Source of the DNA: a bacterium
GTDB lineage: Bacteria; Patescibacteriota; Minisyncoccia; UBA6257; 2-01-FULL-56-20
NCBI GenBank assembly: GCA_021780195.1
Contig: JAJXZE010000002.1
Coordinates: 20,220 to 84,219, forward strand
Length of the DNA stretch: 64,000 nucleotides
Direction of reading: 5' to 3'
Shown here: positions 39,756 to 49,353 of the stretch, in pieces
Layout: every line of letters starts with the position of its first letter
How positions within the stretch are numbered: the stretch's first letter is position 1
Position numbers and translations under genes: made by a program
Notes under the pieces: generated by a model
The model's database searches: none
What the model was told of the DNA's origin: nothing
The model's input: only the letters and a program-made list of their open reading frames with translations

Positions 39756-40283
39756 ATGATCATTGTATTCACCGGCAACGGAAAGGGAAAGACGACCGCA
39801 TCGCTCGGGCAGATGGTGAGGGTGCTCGGGCGCGGTAAGGCGGCGCTCATGATCCAGTTCATCAAGGGGCCGTGGCTCTCCGGCGAAGACGAATTTGCGG
39901 CCAAGGTCAATATTCCGCCGGAGAAGTTCGCGGTGCGGAAGATGGGCCTCGGTTTCGTGGGGATCCTCGGCGACGCGCTCCCGATTGAGAAGCATAAGGA
40001 AGCGGCGCGCCATGCGCTCGACGAGTTCATCGAGGAGAAGCGGTCGGGGAGATGGCATCTCATGATCCTCGACGAGGTGAATGTGGCGGTGTCCCTGGGA
40101 CTTCTCACGCCCGCGGAGGTGATCGCCGCCGTGGACGATTTTCCCGAAGAAAAGATACTCATCATGAGCGGCCGCGGCGCACCGCAGGAGTTCATCGACC
40201 GCGCGGATCTCGCGACCGAGATGCGTGAAATAAAGCACCCGTTCGCGAAGGGTGAACGGGCGAAGTTCACGGTGGAGTTCTAG
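39756..40283 (+). CDS. CobA/CobO/BtuR-family corrinoid adenosyltransferase-like P-loop protein
   Basis: MIIVFTGNGKGKTTASLG matches the family N-terminus. Begins 2 nt after the tRNA. Confidence 0.65.
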   Translation: MIIVFTGNGKGKTTASLGQMVRVLGRGKAALMIQFIKGPWLSGEDEFAAKVNIPPEKFAVRKMGLGFVGILGDALPIEKHKEAARHALDEFIEEKRSGRWHLMILDEVNVAVSLGLLTPAEVIAAVDDFPEEKILIMSGRGAPQEFIDRADLATEMREIKHPFAKGERAKFTVEF

Positions 40284-40356
40284 GGGCGGCTCCGGGGGGC
40301 GGTTCCTGTGGCCGGCCGCGGGTGGCCACAGGCCGGACCCTGAAACGTGCGCGGGC

Positions 40357-42186
40357 CTAGCCCGCGACGGGCTTGATCTTGTACGGCAAGAGAAGGCCGT
40401 AGAATTCATCTCCCTCGAGCGTTTCTTTTTCCATGAGCGTATCCGCCACCTTCTTGAGTGCGGGTTTGTGCGTCTTCAATATTCTTTCCGCGGTTTCGTA
40501 CGCGTGCGCGATGAACTTACGGACCTGTTCGTCGATCTCCGCCGCCATTTTTTCTGAATAATTTTTTTCAGTCGTGATCTCGCGGCCAAGGAACACCATG
40601 TCTTCCGTTTTCCCGAAGGTTGTGGGGCCGAGCTCGCTCATGCCGTATTTCATGACGAGGCGCCGCGCCAAACTCGACGCCTCTTTGAGGTCGTTCGAGG
40701 CGCCGGTCGAAACGTCGCCGAAGGTGAGCTTCTCCGAGGTGTAGCCGCCGAGCATCATGGCGAGGTCGGCGAGGAACTGGTTCCTGGTCTTCAGGTGCTG
40801 GTCTTCCGTGGGGAGTTTCATGGTGTAGCCCCCGGCGAACCCTCGGCTGATGATCGAAACCTTCTGGACGGGGTCGGCATCCTTCACGGCCGCCGCGACG
40901 AGCGCGTGACCGCCTTCGTGGTAGGCGGTGATCTCCTTTTCCTTTTGGGAAATGACGCGGCTCTTGCGCTCGGGGCCGAGGATCACCTTTTCGGCGGCCT
41001 CAAAGAGTTCCTCCTGACCGATGAGCTTCTTGCCGCGCCGCGCGGTGATGATCGCCCCCTCGTTCATGAGGTTCGCGAGGTCGGCGCCGGAGAAACCGGG
41101 CGTTCGCACGGCGACCTTCCGAAGATCGATGTTTTTTGCGAGGATCTTGCCTTCGGCGTGGATCTTGAGGATCGCCTCGCGGTCATTCAGATCCGGGAGG
41201 TCGAGGATCACGCGGCGGTCGAAGCGGCCCGGGCGGAGCAACGCGGGATCCAGAATGTCGGGACGGTTCGTGGCGGCGAGGACGATCACGCGCGTGTCGC
41301 GGTCGAAGCCGTCCATCTCGACGAGAATCTGGTTCAGCGTCTGCTCGCGTTCGTCGTTGCCGCCGCCGAGGCCCGCGCCCCGCTGGCGGCCGACCGCGTC
41401 GATCTCGTCGATGAAGAGGATCGCGGGCGCCGCGCGCTTCGCGGTCATAAAGGCGTCCCTGGTGCGCGAAGCGCCGACGCCGACGAACATCTCCACGAAT
41501 TCCGATGCGGAAATATAGAAGAAGGGTACCCCGCTCTCGCCGGCGACCGCGCGGGCGACGAGTGTCTTTCCGGTGCCCGGGGGGCCCATGAGCAGGATGC
41601 CGCGCGGGATGCGCGCGCCCAAGTCAAGGAACTTTTTAGGATTTTTTAAGAAATCGACGACCTCGATGAGTTCTTCCTTTGCCTCCTTGAGGCCGGCCAC
41701 GTCCTTGAACATCACCTTATCCTTGAAGGTCGAGAGCTTGAGGTTGGAGCGGCCGAAGCTGAAGGCCTGGTTTGCTCCGGTCTTCGCCTGGCGGAACATG
41801 AGCCAAAAGAAGATGCCGATCGCAATCAGCGGGAGGAGTGTGGGGATGAGAAGATTTGCCCAGAATTCCCAGCCGGACTGATCCTGCACGGCGAGGTTCA
41901 CGGTCTGCATGGCTTTGGGATCAACGCCGAGGCTTTTCAGGGTTTCCGCGATGCCGGTTTCGGCTTCTTTTTTGGAAACCGCGGTCGAACCGTCCGTGAG
42001 CGTGATGGCGAGATCGTTGCCGTTCACGGTGACCGATTTTACCTGGCCGGCATTGATCTTATCCACGAGCTGGTTCAGGCTGAGCGTCGTCGGGGCGGGC
42101 GGCGGGGCGACGAACGCGGAAAAAACGAGCGAGATGATAACGAGCGTCAGTATTCCCCAGAGTATATTTTTTACGAGGTTGGACAT
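40357..42186 (-). CDS. ftsH: ATP-dependent zinc metalloprotease FtsH
   Basis: N-terminal TMs, AAA domain ([17 protein letters not shown]), and HEGGHA zinc motif. Confidence 0.95.
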   Translation of the reverse strand: MSNLVKNILWGILTLVIISLVFSAFVAPPPAPTTLSLNQLVDKINAGQVKSVTVNGNDLAITLTDGSTAVSKKEAETGIAETLKSLGVDPKAMQTVNLAVQDQSGWEFWANLLIPTLLPLIAIGIFFWLMFRQAKTGANQAFSFGRSNLKLSTFKDKVMFKDVAGLKEAKEELIEVVDFLKNPKKFLDLGARIPRGILLMGPPGTGKTLVARAVAGESGVPFFYISASEFVEMFVGVGASRTRDAFMTAKRAAPAILFIDEIDAVGRQRGAGLGGGNDEREQTLNQILVEMDGFDRDTRVIVLAATNRPDILDPALLRPGRFDRRVILDLPDLNDREAILKIHAEGKILAKNIDLRKVAVRTPGFSGADLANLMNEGAIITARRGKKLIGQEELFEAAEKVILGPERKSRVISQKEKEITAYHEGGHALVAAAVKDADPVQKVSIISRGFAGGYTMKLPTEDQHLKTRNQFLADLAMMLGGYTSEKLTFGDVSTGASNDLKEASSLARRLVMKYGMSELGPTTFGKTEDMVFLGREITTEKNYSEKMAAEIDEQVRKFIAHAYETAERILKTHKPALKKVADTLMEKETLEGDEFYGLLLPYKIKPVAG

Positions 42187-42217
42187 AGCGCAATTATAGA
42201 GGCACGGCCGAAGCGGG

Positions 42218-42841
42218 TCAAACGAGCGGGCGCTCTTCCGGTTCCACGAAGCGCTCGACGACTTTCCCGATCAGGAAGTCTACGGCGACGAATACGGCGA
42301 GGACGACGAGGAAGATGAGTTCGACATCCCTGAGGGTCGCGGCGGCGAGAAGCGGCGAGAGGCCGGAGACGAGCGTGAAGGCAAGGCCGAGGAAAAGGGG
42401 GATCCAGGCGAGGATGGAGAGCACCGAGGTGCGGAAGAATTTTTTGAAAGGCGTGCGCGTCCAGCCGATGAGGAACACCACCGGGAAGCTTGCGCCGTAC
42501 ATGAACTTCGAAAAAAAGAGCATCTTCCTGCCGTTGTGGAGGAGAATGCGTTCCATCCGTTCATGCCCAGGGATACGGCTCTTGATCCATCCGCCGAGGC
42601 GCGTGTTGCGGAGCTTGTGACCGAGCGAGTACCACAGCGTGTCGCCCGTGATATTTGCGAGGAACATGGCGAGCACGAGAAGCGGCACGCCCCACGCGCC
42701 GAAGTAGCCGTGGGCGACGATCCAGAAACCCGTAAAGGCCGCAATATTGCCGAGGAAAATCGTGCCGACGTAGATGATGAAAGTGGCCAAAACAAGGTTT
42801 TGGCCGGCGATGGCGCCCAGGGCGGCGATGAATGTACTCAC
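42218..42841 (-). CDS. DedA/SNARE-associated family membrane protein
   Basis: Multi-TM protein with a DedA-like GDTLWYSLG motif. Confidence 0.6.
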   Translation of the reverse strand: MSTFIAALGAIAGQNLVLATFIIYVGTIFLGNIAAFTGFWIVAHGYFGAWGVPLLVLAMFLANITGDTLWYSLGHKLRNTRLGGWIKSRIPGHERMERILLHNGRKMLFFSKFMYGASFPVVFLIGWTRTPFKKFFRTSVLSILAWIPLFLGLAFTLVSGLSPLLAAATLRDVELIFLVVLAVFVAVDFLIGKVVERFVEPEERPLV

Positions 42842-42946
42842 GTGATTCCATTATACCAAATGCGGCCGCGCCGCCCGCGCGCGCCTTGAAAAATGCCCGT
42901 TCCCGTGCCATAATGGGCACGTTCCGTCCGCTCAAGGCCGGTTCAT

Positions 42947-43020
42947 GGTGCCTCTAGCTTAATGGTAAAGCTCCGCTCTGTGGCAGCGGCAATACGGGTC
43001 CGATTCCCGTGAGGCACCCA
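42947..43020 (+). tRNA. tRNA-His (anticodon GUG) with encoded G-1
   Basis: Eight-bp acceptor including G-1:C73. Anticodon loop CTGTGGC. The T-loop TCCGATT is slightly unusual. Confidence 0.7.
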
Positions 43021-43023
43021 GCG

Positions 43024-43093
43024 CAAACAAAGACATACTCCCTTACGGACATGGGCTCCCTTTAATGTCCGCAAGGGAGTATGTCTTTGTTTG
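43024..43093. repeat. 29-bp near-perfect inverted repeat (hairpin, 12-nt loop) immediately 3' of tRNA-His
   Basis: CAAACAAAGACATACTCCCTTACGGACAT / ATGTCCGCAAGGGAGTATGTCTTTGTTTG, with one mismatch. Confidence 0.7.
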
Positions 43094-43108
43094 CCGCGCT
43101 GGGCTGTT

Positions 43109-43128
43109 TTGTGAGAGAAGCGGACGAG
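43109..43128. repeat. 20-bp direct repeat GAAGCGGACGAGGGGAGGGG, left copy (right copy at 44303-44322), flanking the Fic gene
   Basis: The two copies are identical and lie on either side of 43278-44207. Confidence 0.6.
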
Positions 43129-43245
43129 GGGAGGGGTCGGGAGGGGCGGGCCGCCCCTCCCGTGTGGGAGGGCTACGCTGCTCCGGGCGGCGCGGCAGTG
43201 CGGGACCGAGGGTCCCGCAGGCGCAGGGCGGCTGAGCGCCCGAGC

Positions 43246-43268
43246 AGTCCGACTCCCCGTGAGGCACC
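43246..43268 (+). repeat. partial duplicate of the tRNA-His 3' end (GTCCGACTCCCCGTGAGGCACCCA), candidate att-site remnant
   Basis: Compare the tRNA 3' end GTCCGATTCCCGTGAGGCACCCA at 42998-43020. Confidence 0.5.
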
Positions 43269-43277
43269 CAGGGAGGG

Positions 43278-44207
43278 TTATTTTCCCTTCCGCTCCACGA
43301 TTCGGTATCCTTCCAAGATCGCATCGCACATAAAATTCTCGAGTAGCGTAAGGTCGTCTTTCGTTTGCGCTTTGTTGAGATAAGCGATATACCGCCGCCG
43401 ATCCTCTTGCAGGATGACGAGCGGCGGAAGATCTTCCTTGAGCGCCATCGCATGCCCAAGCAGACGGCCAATGCGGCCGTTGCCGTCGGCGAACGGATGG
43501 ATCATTTCGAACCGAGCATGGATGGCGGCAATGTGCCGGACGACATCCTTCGTTTTTTCGCGCATATCCTCAACGAGCGTCTTCATCAGATCGGGAACCT
43601 TCGCATAATTTGCCGTGGGGACATCCGAGCCCGCTATTCGCACACCATGGTTGCGATACCCTCCGGCGTAGGGGTGGACCGCATTCAGAAGGATGCCGTG
43701 TAGCTTCACGATCAACGATTCGTTGATCGGCTCCCCTTCTCCGATATAACCGAAAAGATATTCCAAGGTAGCCTGATGGTTCTTCACCTCGAGCTGTTCG
43801 ATGATGCTCTTGTTCGGCAACGCCGCGTTCTGGAACATGATCGCCGCCGTTTCTCCTTCGGACAGCGTGCTCCCTTCGATGCGGTTCGAGTGGTACGTAA
43901 GCGACAGATAGAATTGATCGCGGATATCGGGATTATCTACAATGCGTCGCAGTACGTGCGGGCGCTGTTTTTGTTTTACGCGGATGATCCCCTTTTTCGC
44001 CGCGAGTTCGCTTTCCGGCACCTGCTTCTCGCCCGAATACTCTTTATATAATTCGTCGATTTTTTGAAGTGCCCCGAGGCGCGGCGACGCCCTTTCGTTT
44101 ATCCACCGGTTGAGCGCCGCAAAGGTAACTCCAAGGCGGTTGGCCAGCTGGGTCTGCGTCAATCCCGACAGCTTCAAGATAAGTTGTAATTTCTGTCTTG
44201 AGGTCAT
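43278..44207 (-). CDS. HTH (XRE-like) + Fic domain protein
   Basis: Fic motif HPFADGNGRIGR. The N-terminal helix-turn-helix is QTQLANRLGVTFAALNRWINE. Confidence 0.85.
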   Translation of the reverse strand: MTSRQKLQLILKLSGLTQTQLANRLGVTFAALNRWINERASPRLGALQKIDELYKEYSGEKQVPESELAAKKGIIRVKQKQRPHVLRRIVDNPDIRDQFYLSLTYHSNRIEGSTLSEGETAAIMFQNAALPNKSIIEQLEVKNHQATLEYLFGYIGEGEPINESLIVKLHGILLNAVHPYAGGYRNHGVRIAGSDVPTANYAKVPDLMKTLVEDMREKTKDVVRHIAAIHARFEMIHPFADGNGRIGRLLGHAMALKEDLPPLVILQEDRRRYIAYLNKAQTKDDLTLLENFMCDAILEGYRIVERKGK

Positions 44208-44302
44208 AGCCCCATGGTAATAAACTATATATAGTTTGTCAAAATGCGGCCTTTATATATAGTTATATACCTCGTTTTATGAGGTATATCCTGACTTTCT
44301 TA

Positions 44303-44322
44303 TTGTCTCGGGGAAGCGGACG
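44303..44322. repeat. 20-bp direct repeat GAAGCGGACGAGGGGAGGGG, right copy
   Basis: Identical to 43109-43128. Confidence 0.6.
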
Positions 44323-44371
44323 AGGGGAGGGGCGCAGAGCTTTTGAGCGCTCTTTGCACGACCGCTACTAG

Positions 44372-44944
44372 CTAGTACGTTGTCGGAGAGAAAACGGTGC
44401 TGGTCGAGGTGATGCAGGATTCGAAGAGCTGGGTCGACGATGCGCTGTCGGGGGCGGATAATATTCCCCTGAGCGTTGCCTGCTTCAGGGACTCCATGGT
44501 CGAAGTGCCGTCGGGCTTCACCCCGTATTTATCGCTTTCAGCGCTAATGAATGCGAGCGTGCTCGAAACCTCTTCACTTTTTACATTTGCCTGGAGCGTG
44601 GAGTCGAGTGGATTTCCCGATAGTTCATTGAGCGCATCGAGGACGGTTTGATTCCCCTGCGTTTCCTGCTGTTTTACGAATGTCTGGCGAGCGTCATTTG
44701 CGGAGGTTACTTCTACGGTTTCAACTCCATCCTGCGTACGGACGGCGGCGGCAATCTTTTGAATTACGGCGATATCGGTTCCGGACGAAAAGCTGACCGT
44801 GATGGGGCTCGCGAGGCCCGCGATCTTGTTATAGCACTGATGCCGAAGATCTGCGGGGCGATATTGATGAGCGATCAAAAAAACGCCAACGCCGGCAACG
44901 CAGATTACTGCGGCAATCGCCGCAAATATCAGAACCACTTTCAT
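44372..44944 (-). CDS. membrane-anchored protein resembling only the N-terminal TM + extracellular domain of FtsX
   Basis: TM VVLIFAAIAAVICVAGVGVFLI followed by an FtsX-ECD-like region including SGNPLDSTLQANVKS. The C-terminal permease TMs are absent. Confidence 0.4.
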   Translation of the reverse strand: MKVVLIFAAIAAVICVAGVGVFLIAHQYRPADLRHQCYNKIAGLASPITVSFSSGTDIAVIQKIAAAVRTQDGVETVEVTSANDARQTFVKQQETQGNQTVLDALNELSGNPLDSTLQANVKSEEVSSTLAFISAESDKYGVKPDGTSTMESLKQATLRGILSAPDSASSTQLFESCITSTSTVFSPTTY

Positions 44945-45003
44945 GCTTCCAGTATAACAGAAGTGCGGCACGGAAAGCTAAAAATCCTGGTATACTTAAT
45001 CAA

Positions 45004-46446
45004 ATGTCGCTCATGGGGTTTGTCAGGATCATCTTCGCCGCGCTGTTCCTGATTTTCGCTGTTGTGCTCGGCGGATGGTGGTGGCGGATGGCGGTGGTTG
45101 ACACGCTGACCGTCGCACTCGTGACCACCGCACTCATGGCGGCCGCGCTTGATTTTCTGTTATGCGTCCTGTACCGCTTCGAGGTGAAGCGGCTTGAGGC
45201 GTGGGGCTATATTCTGGGCGTCCTGCTCATTGGCGCAGGAACGCTCATGATCGCCTTGATATGGTCGATGAACCTTGTCTCCTACGTCTATGCGGGCACG
45301 GTTGCGTATGCCGTACTGCTTTTCCTGCTTGCCATGGCACTCGTCATTCTTCCCGTCGCGTCAACGATAGATTATGTAATCTTTCTCACGCGGCGAAGGA
45401 AATCAGCCACGGCCATGAGGGCGAGCTGGGCAAGATTCGTGCTTTCCTTTGCCGCGCTCGTTGCCGTGGGCGTCTATGCCTATGCTATGGCGCAAAAACC
45501 GCAAGCGTTCATCGGAGTCATTGCCGGATCGGGCGGGGGCACCGGCCAGATTTGCACCATCCAGAATCTCGGCCCGGCGCCCGCGACGGACGTTGTATTG
45601 CTTCGCCTCGAGCTTGCCGCGCCATATGACGCCTCGTTCCAGATTGCGTCCCAATGGCTCGCAAGCCGCGGATTCTCCGTCGATCATCAAGTGTCGCGGG
45701 ACACGTCTTTTAGCGGAACCGTCGGGCAGGTAGAGCAGGCATTTGGTATTCAAGGGAGCGTCAATAAATATTGCATGAGTTGGGGAATGTGCGATGCCGG
45801 TACGAACCCCGATGCCCCCGTCAATGTTCCCATTCCTGTGGCGCTTGCCTCGGCCGTGGCAAAGATCTCCGGGCCGAGCTGCCCGCCGCCCATGATGCCC
45901 GCGAAGCCCGTCATTTACCTCTACCCGACGCATCAGGAATCCGTTTCCGTGACGCTTGATTACGCGGGGACAATCACCGACGTGTACCCCTCGTTCGATC
46001 AGGGGACGACGTGGAGCGTCGTCGCGTACCCAGGCGGCCGGATCATCGACGACCGCGACGGCCAGCCGTATTCATATCTCTTCTGGGAGGGGCAGGATCA
46101 TGCCCGGTACGACCTCTCGACGGGCTTCGTGGTGAAGGGGAGCGACACGGCGGCATTCCTGCAGAAGAAGCTGGCGGCCATGGGCCTTACCCCGAAGGAA
46201 TACAACGAATTCATCGTGTACTGGCTACCGAAGCTTGCGCACGATCCTTACAATCTGATCCATTTCGCGGGGAGCGAGTATACGGACACGGCGAAGCTCG
46301 TCGTCGATCCTGCGCCCGACAGCATCCTGCGCGTCTTCATGGTCTATAAGCCCCTCGCGGCGCCGGTCGCCGTCGAACCGCAGACCTTTCCTCCCTTCGT
46401 GCGGAAAGGGTTCACCGTCGTCGAGTGGGGCGGCACGGAGCGGTAG
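45004..46446 (+). CDS. hypothetical integral membrane protein (N-terminal ~5 TM, C-terminal extracytoplasmic domain)
   Basis: Hydrophobicity pattern. No recognisable domain. Confidence 0.5.
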   Translation: MSLMGFVRIIFAALFLIFAVVLGGWWWRMAVVDTLTVALVTTALMAAALDFLLCVLYRFEVKRLEAWGYILGVLLIGAGTLMIALIWSMNLVSYVYAGTVAYAVLLFLLAMALVILPVASTIDYVIFLTRRRKSATAMRASWARFVLSFAALVAVGVYAYAMAQKPQAFIGVIAGSGGGTGQICTIQNLGPAPATDVVLLRLELAAPYDASFQIASQWLASRGFSVDHQVSRDTSFSGTVGQVEQAFGIQGSVNKYCMSWGMCDAGTNPDAPVNVPIPVALASAVAKISGPSCPPPMMPAKPVIYLYPTHQESVSVTLDYAGTITDVYPSFDQGTTWSVVAYPGGRIIDDRDGQPYSYLFWEGQDHARYDLSTGFVVKGSDTAAFLQKKLAAMGLTPKEYNEFIVYWLPKLAHDPYNLIHFAGSEYTDTAKLVVDPAPDSILRVFMVYKPLAAPVAVEPQTFPPFVRKGFTVVEWGGTER

Positions 46447-46526
46447 TACTCGCGTACGAGAGGGGGATGGGTTTGGGGTGCGGGATTTCCGGGGGAGCTG
46501 ATTTCCGCTGAGGTAGCGGGGAGAAA

Positions 46527-49349
46527 TTATGCTCCCGTTGACGCGACCCCGCCCTTATTTTTTTCTCCCGGCTTTTCGAAAACACAGATTGTACGGCCCG
46601 CATCATCAAAATAATGGGTAAGAATATACCCATTTCGCAGGGGCGACCAATCCGGAGAGTCGCCGGAGGGGTATTCTCTTGTCATGATGCCCTCTTCGGG
46701 GTTTTGATTTTTTTTGATGGCAGAAACAATTTCCCGACCACTGATTTTTTTGGAAGCGAGTCCCTTGTCGGCGTCGGGAGACAGCTCGATCTTTAAGCTC
46801 GGTACCCCCTTGTAATCATATGCTTCCGTGGCGACAAAGCCGCTCTCGATGTATCTCTTGGTGACGGGCGCCATCGGATTGCAATCGGCGAAAATAGGAA
46901 CCCCGAGGGCACGCTCCTCCCGGAGGGCTTGGTCAAGCATCGTTTCCCCCACTTTGCCTCGTCCATACGCCGGACTCGTGTTGAAAGACCCGAAATAGAT
47001 AGAATCAAGCCTGCCGTTTTTGAATGTGTGGTCGAAGCGGCAGAACGCCGCAACGGCCCCTTTGTGCTTGAAGAGATAGAATCTGGTGTCGGGATTATCG
47101 AGAGATGCATCAAATGACTGGATGAGGGCGTCGATGAATTTTTCGGGATATTCCGTCCGATTGCCATAATTCTTTTGATATATACGGCGCATCTCTTCGA
47201 GAAGCGGAGGATCTTTCTTGAGGTCGGCTCCCGAGGAGACGTTGAATTCGGCGAGTCCGAGGTCGCGAAGGTCGGCGGGAAGCTTGCCGGATCCCTGTTT
47301 TAATGCCTTTATGGTGCTGGTGAAAAGCACGACTTCCGCTTTTATGTCGTCCAGGCGCTCGAAAAGATCACGAGTGTCAGTGCCGAGCTCGGTGGCGTCG
47401 ACAAAGTGCTCTATCAGCTCGTTGCCGCGCCTCAGGAGGTTGCGGGCCACCTGGTTCACGAGTTCTTCGTCCGTCTTTTGTCCCGATGAAAAATTGTCCC
47501 GTAAATATTCCCGAACCTTCTCAATCACCGCCGCTATCTCTGCATATTTTTCAAAAAGCTTCCGGGCGTCATCGCGATCAAGGATATTCGCCAGGCGGAT
47601 GATCGCGTCGCCGTAGTCAGTCCCGCCTTCGGAGCATGCAAGGAAGGAGGTGGCAAAGTTCTTTATATAGATCCGTTCGGGATGGAGGTCGGGCTCCGGT
47701 CCCCCCCGGTGCCACTCAAGGTGGATGGAGGCGTCGTCCGCGATCTTGTCGAGCCCGGCCTTGAGGCGCTGGATTTCATCCACGTTCCGTCCGTCGATAT
47801 AATGGAGGAATTGCACCTGCGCAGAGAGGGGAAAATCGGCCATATCTATCAACAGATCGTCCTCCAGTACTTTGCGCATACTGAGTCGCATCAGGTACTG
47901 GTAGTGATATTCCGCTTCTTCCGACACCGTGCCCGCGGGGAAGAGGCGTCGCAGATATTCCTCCTTGCTGAGTATGGGCGGTGGCACGCTCTTGCCCGCC
48001 TCGAACGTTACGTATTCGGCATTCCTGCGAAGGATCTCTCCCGCCACGAAGGGATGTATGCCATCGACGTCAATACGCTCGAGGTCGAAAAAAAACTTTC
48101 GGCCGGCATCATGCAACTTGCGGTCGAAGGACCACAAGTCCTCCAGTTGCCGCAATGAACCATACCTCGGCGAACCTATTGCAAGCGCGTCATAAATCGC
48201 CTCATCCGCAGGATCATTCCGCGCTATATAGTGCCCCTCGTCAATTCCGGGTTCCTCGTCGCCGTGCGAGATGTCGAAGATGCTTTCAAGGCGCCCGGCG
48301 CGATATTGGCCGAGATAGCCGGGGGCGATAGGAAGGACCGCGTTTGCGATGGGGTTGCCCTCGGTAATGCCGTAGCGCATTCTCAGATTATACGACTCGA
48401 ACATGCGCCTGTAGGTATATATGGTCTTATTCGAGGCACCCCCCGCGATACCGGAGACGACGCCTTCTTCCATGTCGTATCGGTCGTATGAATGGACGGC
48501 TTTGTAGACGTCATCAAGATGCGCCCCGAGAAGATAATTTTCGACCCTTTCCGTGGCATCCTTCGCGAGCTCTTCCACAAATTTCAGCGCAAACCGATTG
48601 TAAGAATTGCCATATTCGTCCAGCGGCTCCTCGTCCGGGGCGATATTCTGCAGGGCCGTAATATCAGCGCTGAAAAAATCTATGATTTTGTGCGCGAGTA
48701 AGTTGCCTTGCGGGTCGTTCGCGCGAATGAGGGCGTCAAGTTGGTTTTCCACCCGCAGGGGCAGGGCGTCTTCGGCCGCCTCCATCTTTTTTGCAAAGTC
48801 CTCCCGCGGGAACAGGGAGTTTCCCAGTCCGTCAATTTCCCCCAGTAATGCGATGATCGGGAACGAGGCAGGCATTCCCTTCGAAGAGATACCCCGCGCA
48901 ACAGCGTCTTCGACGATGTCGATGCGTCGTTGCCGTTCTTCGGGAGTCCCGCCCCGAAGTACAAAATCCACAATTTGAGATCCTTTCTCCGGCCGGGGAG
49001 AAGTATTTCCGGCTTCACAAAGGGCATCGATGGCCGATCCTAGATTCTGCTCCGAAATGGTTTCCGCCGTCGCCCCGCGCGCAATGAGCACATCGGCAAT
49101 CTCATCTGCGTCGCCGACCGGAAGCGGATCGTTGGAGAGAAAGCCGTCCGGCAAGGGGCGCGCGGGTGGAAACTCTTTATTGATCGAAGCATATTCCTGT
49201 CTCTGACGGAAAAGAGGAAGGCCTGGGACAGCCCGGAGCGAATTCACCAATTCCTTCCTGCGGCGCGCTTGCTCATGCGATGACCGTTTTTTGTTCGCGC
49301 CGTATTCCGCGTCAGCGCTCAATTCCACTGTTGATCCTTCTTTGCGCAT
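46527..49349 (-). CDS. large hypothetical cytoplasmic protein (940 aa) with putative C-terminal GNAT-like acetyltransferase fold
   Basis: The C-terminal segment FYLFKHKGAVAAFCRF...GRGKVGETMLDQAL is GNAT-like. GC lower than the surrounding genome, judged by eye. Confidence 0.45.
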   Translation of the reverse strand: MRKEGSTVELSADAEYGANKKRSSHEQARRRKELVNSLRAVPGLPLFRQRQEYASINKEFPPARPLPDGFLSNDPLPVGDADEIADVLIARGATAETISEQNLGSAIDALCEAGNTSPRPEKGSQIVDFVLRGGTPEERQRRIDIVEDAVARGISSKGMPASFPIIALLGEIDGLGNSLFPREDFAKKMEAAEDALPLRVENQLDALIRANDPQGNLLAHKIIDFFSADITALQNIAPDEEPLDEYGNSYNRFALKFVEELAKDATERVENYLLGAHLDDVYKAVHSYDRYDMEEGVVSGIAGGASNKTIYTYRRMFESYNLRMRYGITEGNPIANAVLPIAPGYLGQYRAGRLESIFDISHGDEEPGIDEGHYIARNDPADEAIYDALAIGSPRYGSLRQLEDLWSFDRKLHDAGRKFFFDLERIDVDGIHPFVAGEILRRNAEYVTFEAGKSVPPPILSKEEYLRRLFPAGTVSEEAEYHYQYLMRLSMRKVLEDDLLIDMADFPLSAQVQFLHYIDGRNVDEIQRLKAGLDKIADDASIHLEWHRGGPEPDLHPERIYIKNFATSFLACSEGGTDYGDAIIRLANILDRDDARKLFEKYAEIAAVIEKVREYLRDNFSSGQKTDEELVNQVARNLLRRGNELIEHFVDATELGTDTRDLFERLDDIKAEVVLFTSTIKALKQGSGKLPADLRDLGLAEFNVSSGADLKKDPPLLEEMRRIYQKNYGNRTEYPEKFIDALIQSFDASLDNPDTRFYLFKHKGAVAAFCRFDHTFKNGRLDSIYFGSFNTSPAYGRGKVGETMLDQALREERALGVPIFADCNPMAPVTKRYIESGFVATEAYDYKGVPSLKIELSPDADKGLASKKISGREIVSAIKKNQNPEEGIMTREYPSGDSPDWSPLRNGYILTHYFDDAGRTICVFEKPGEKNKGGVASTGA

Positions 49350-49353
49350 AGTA

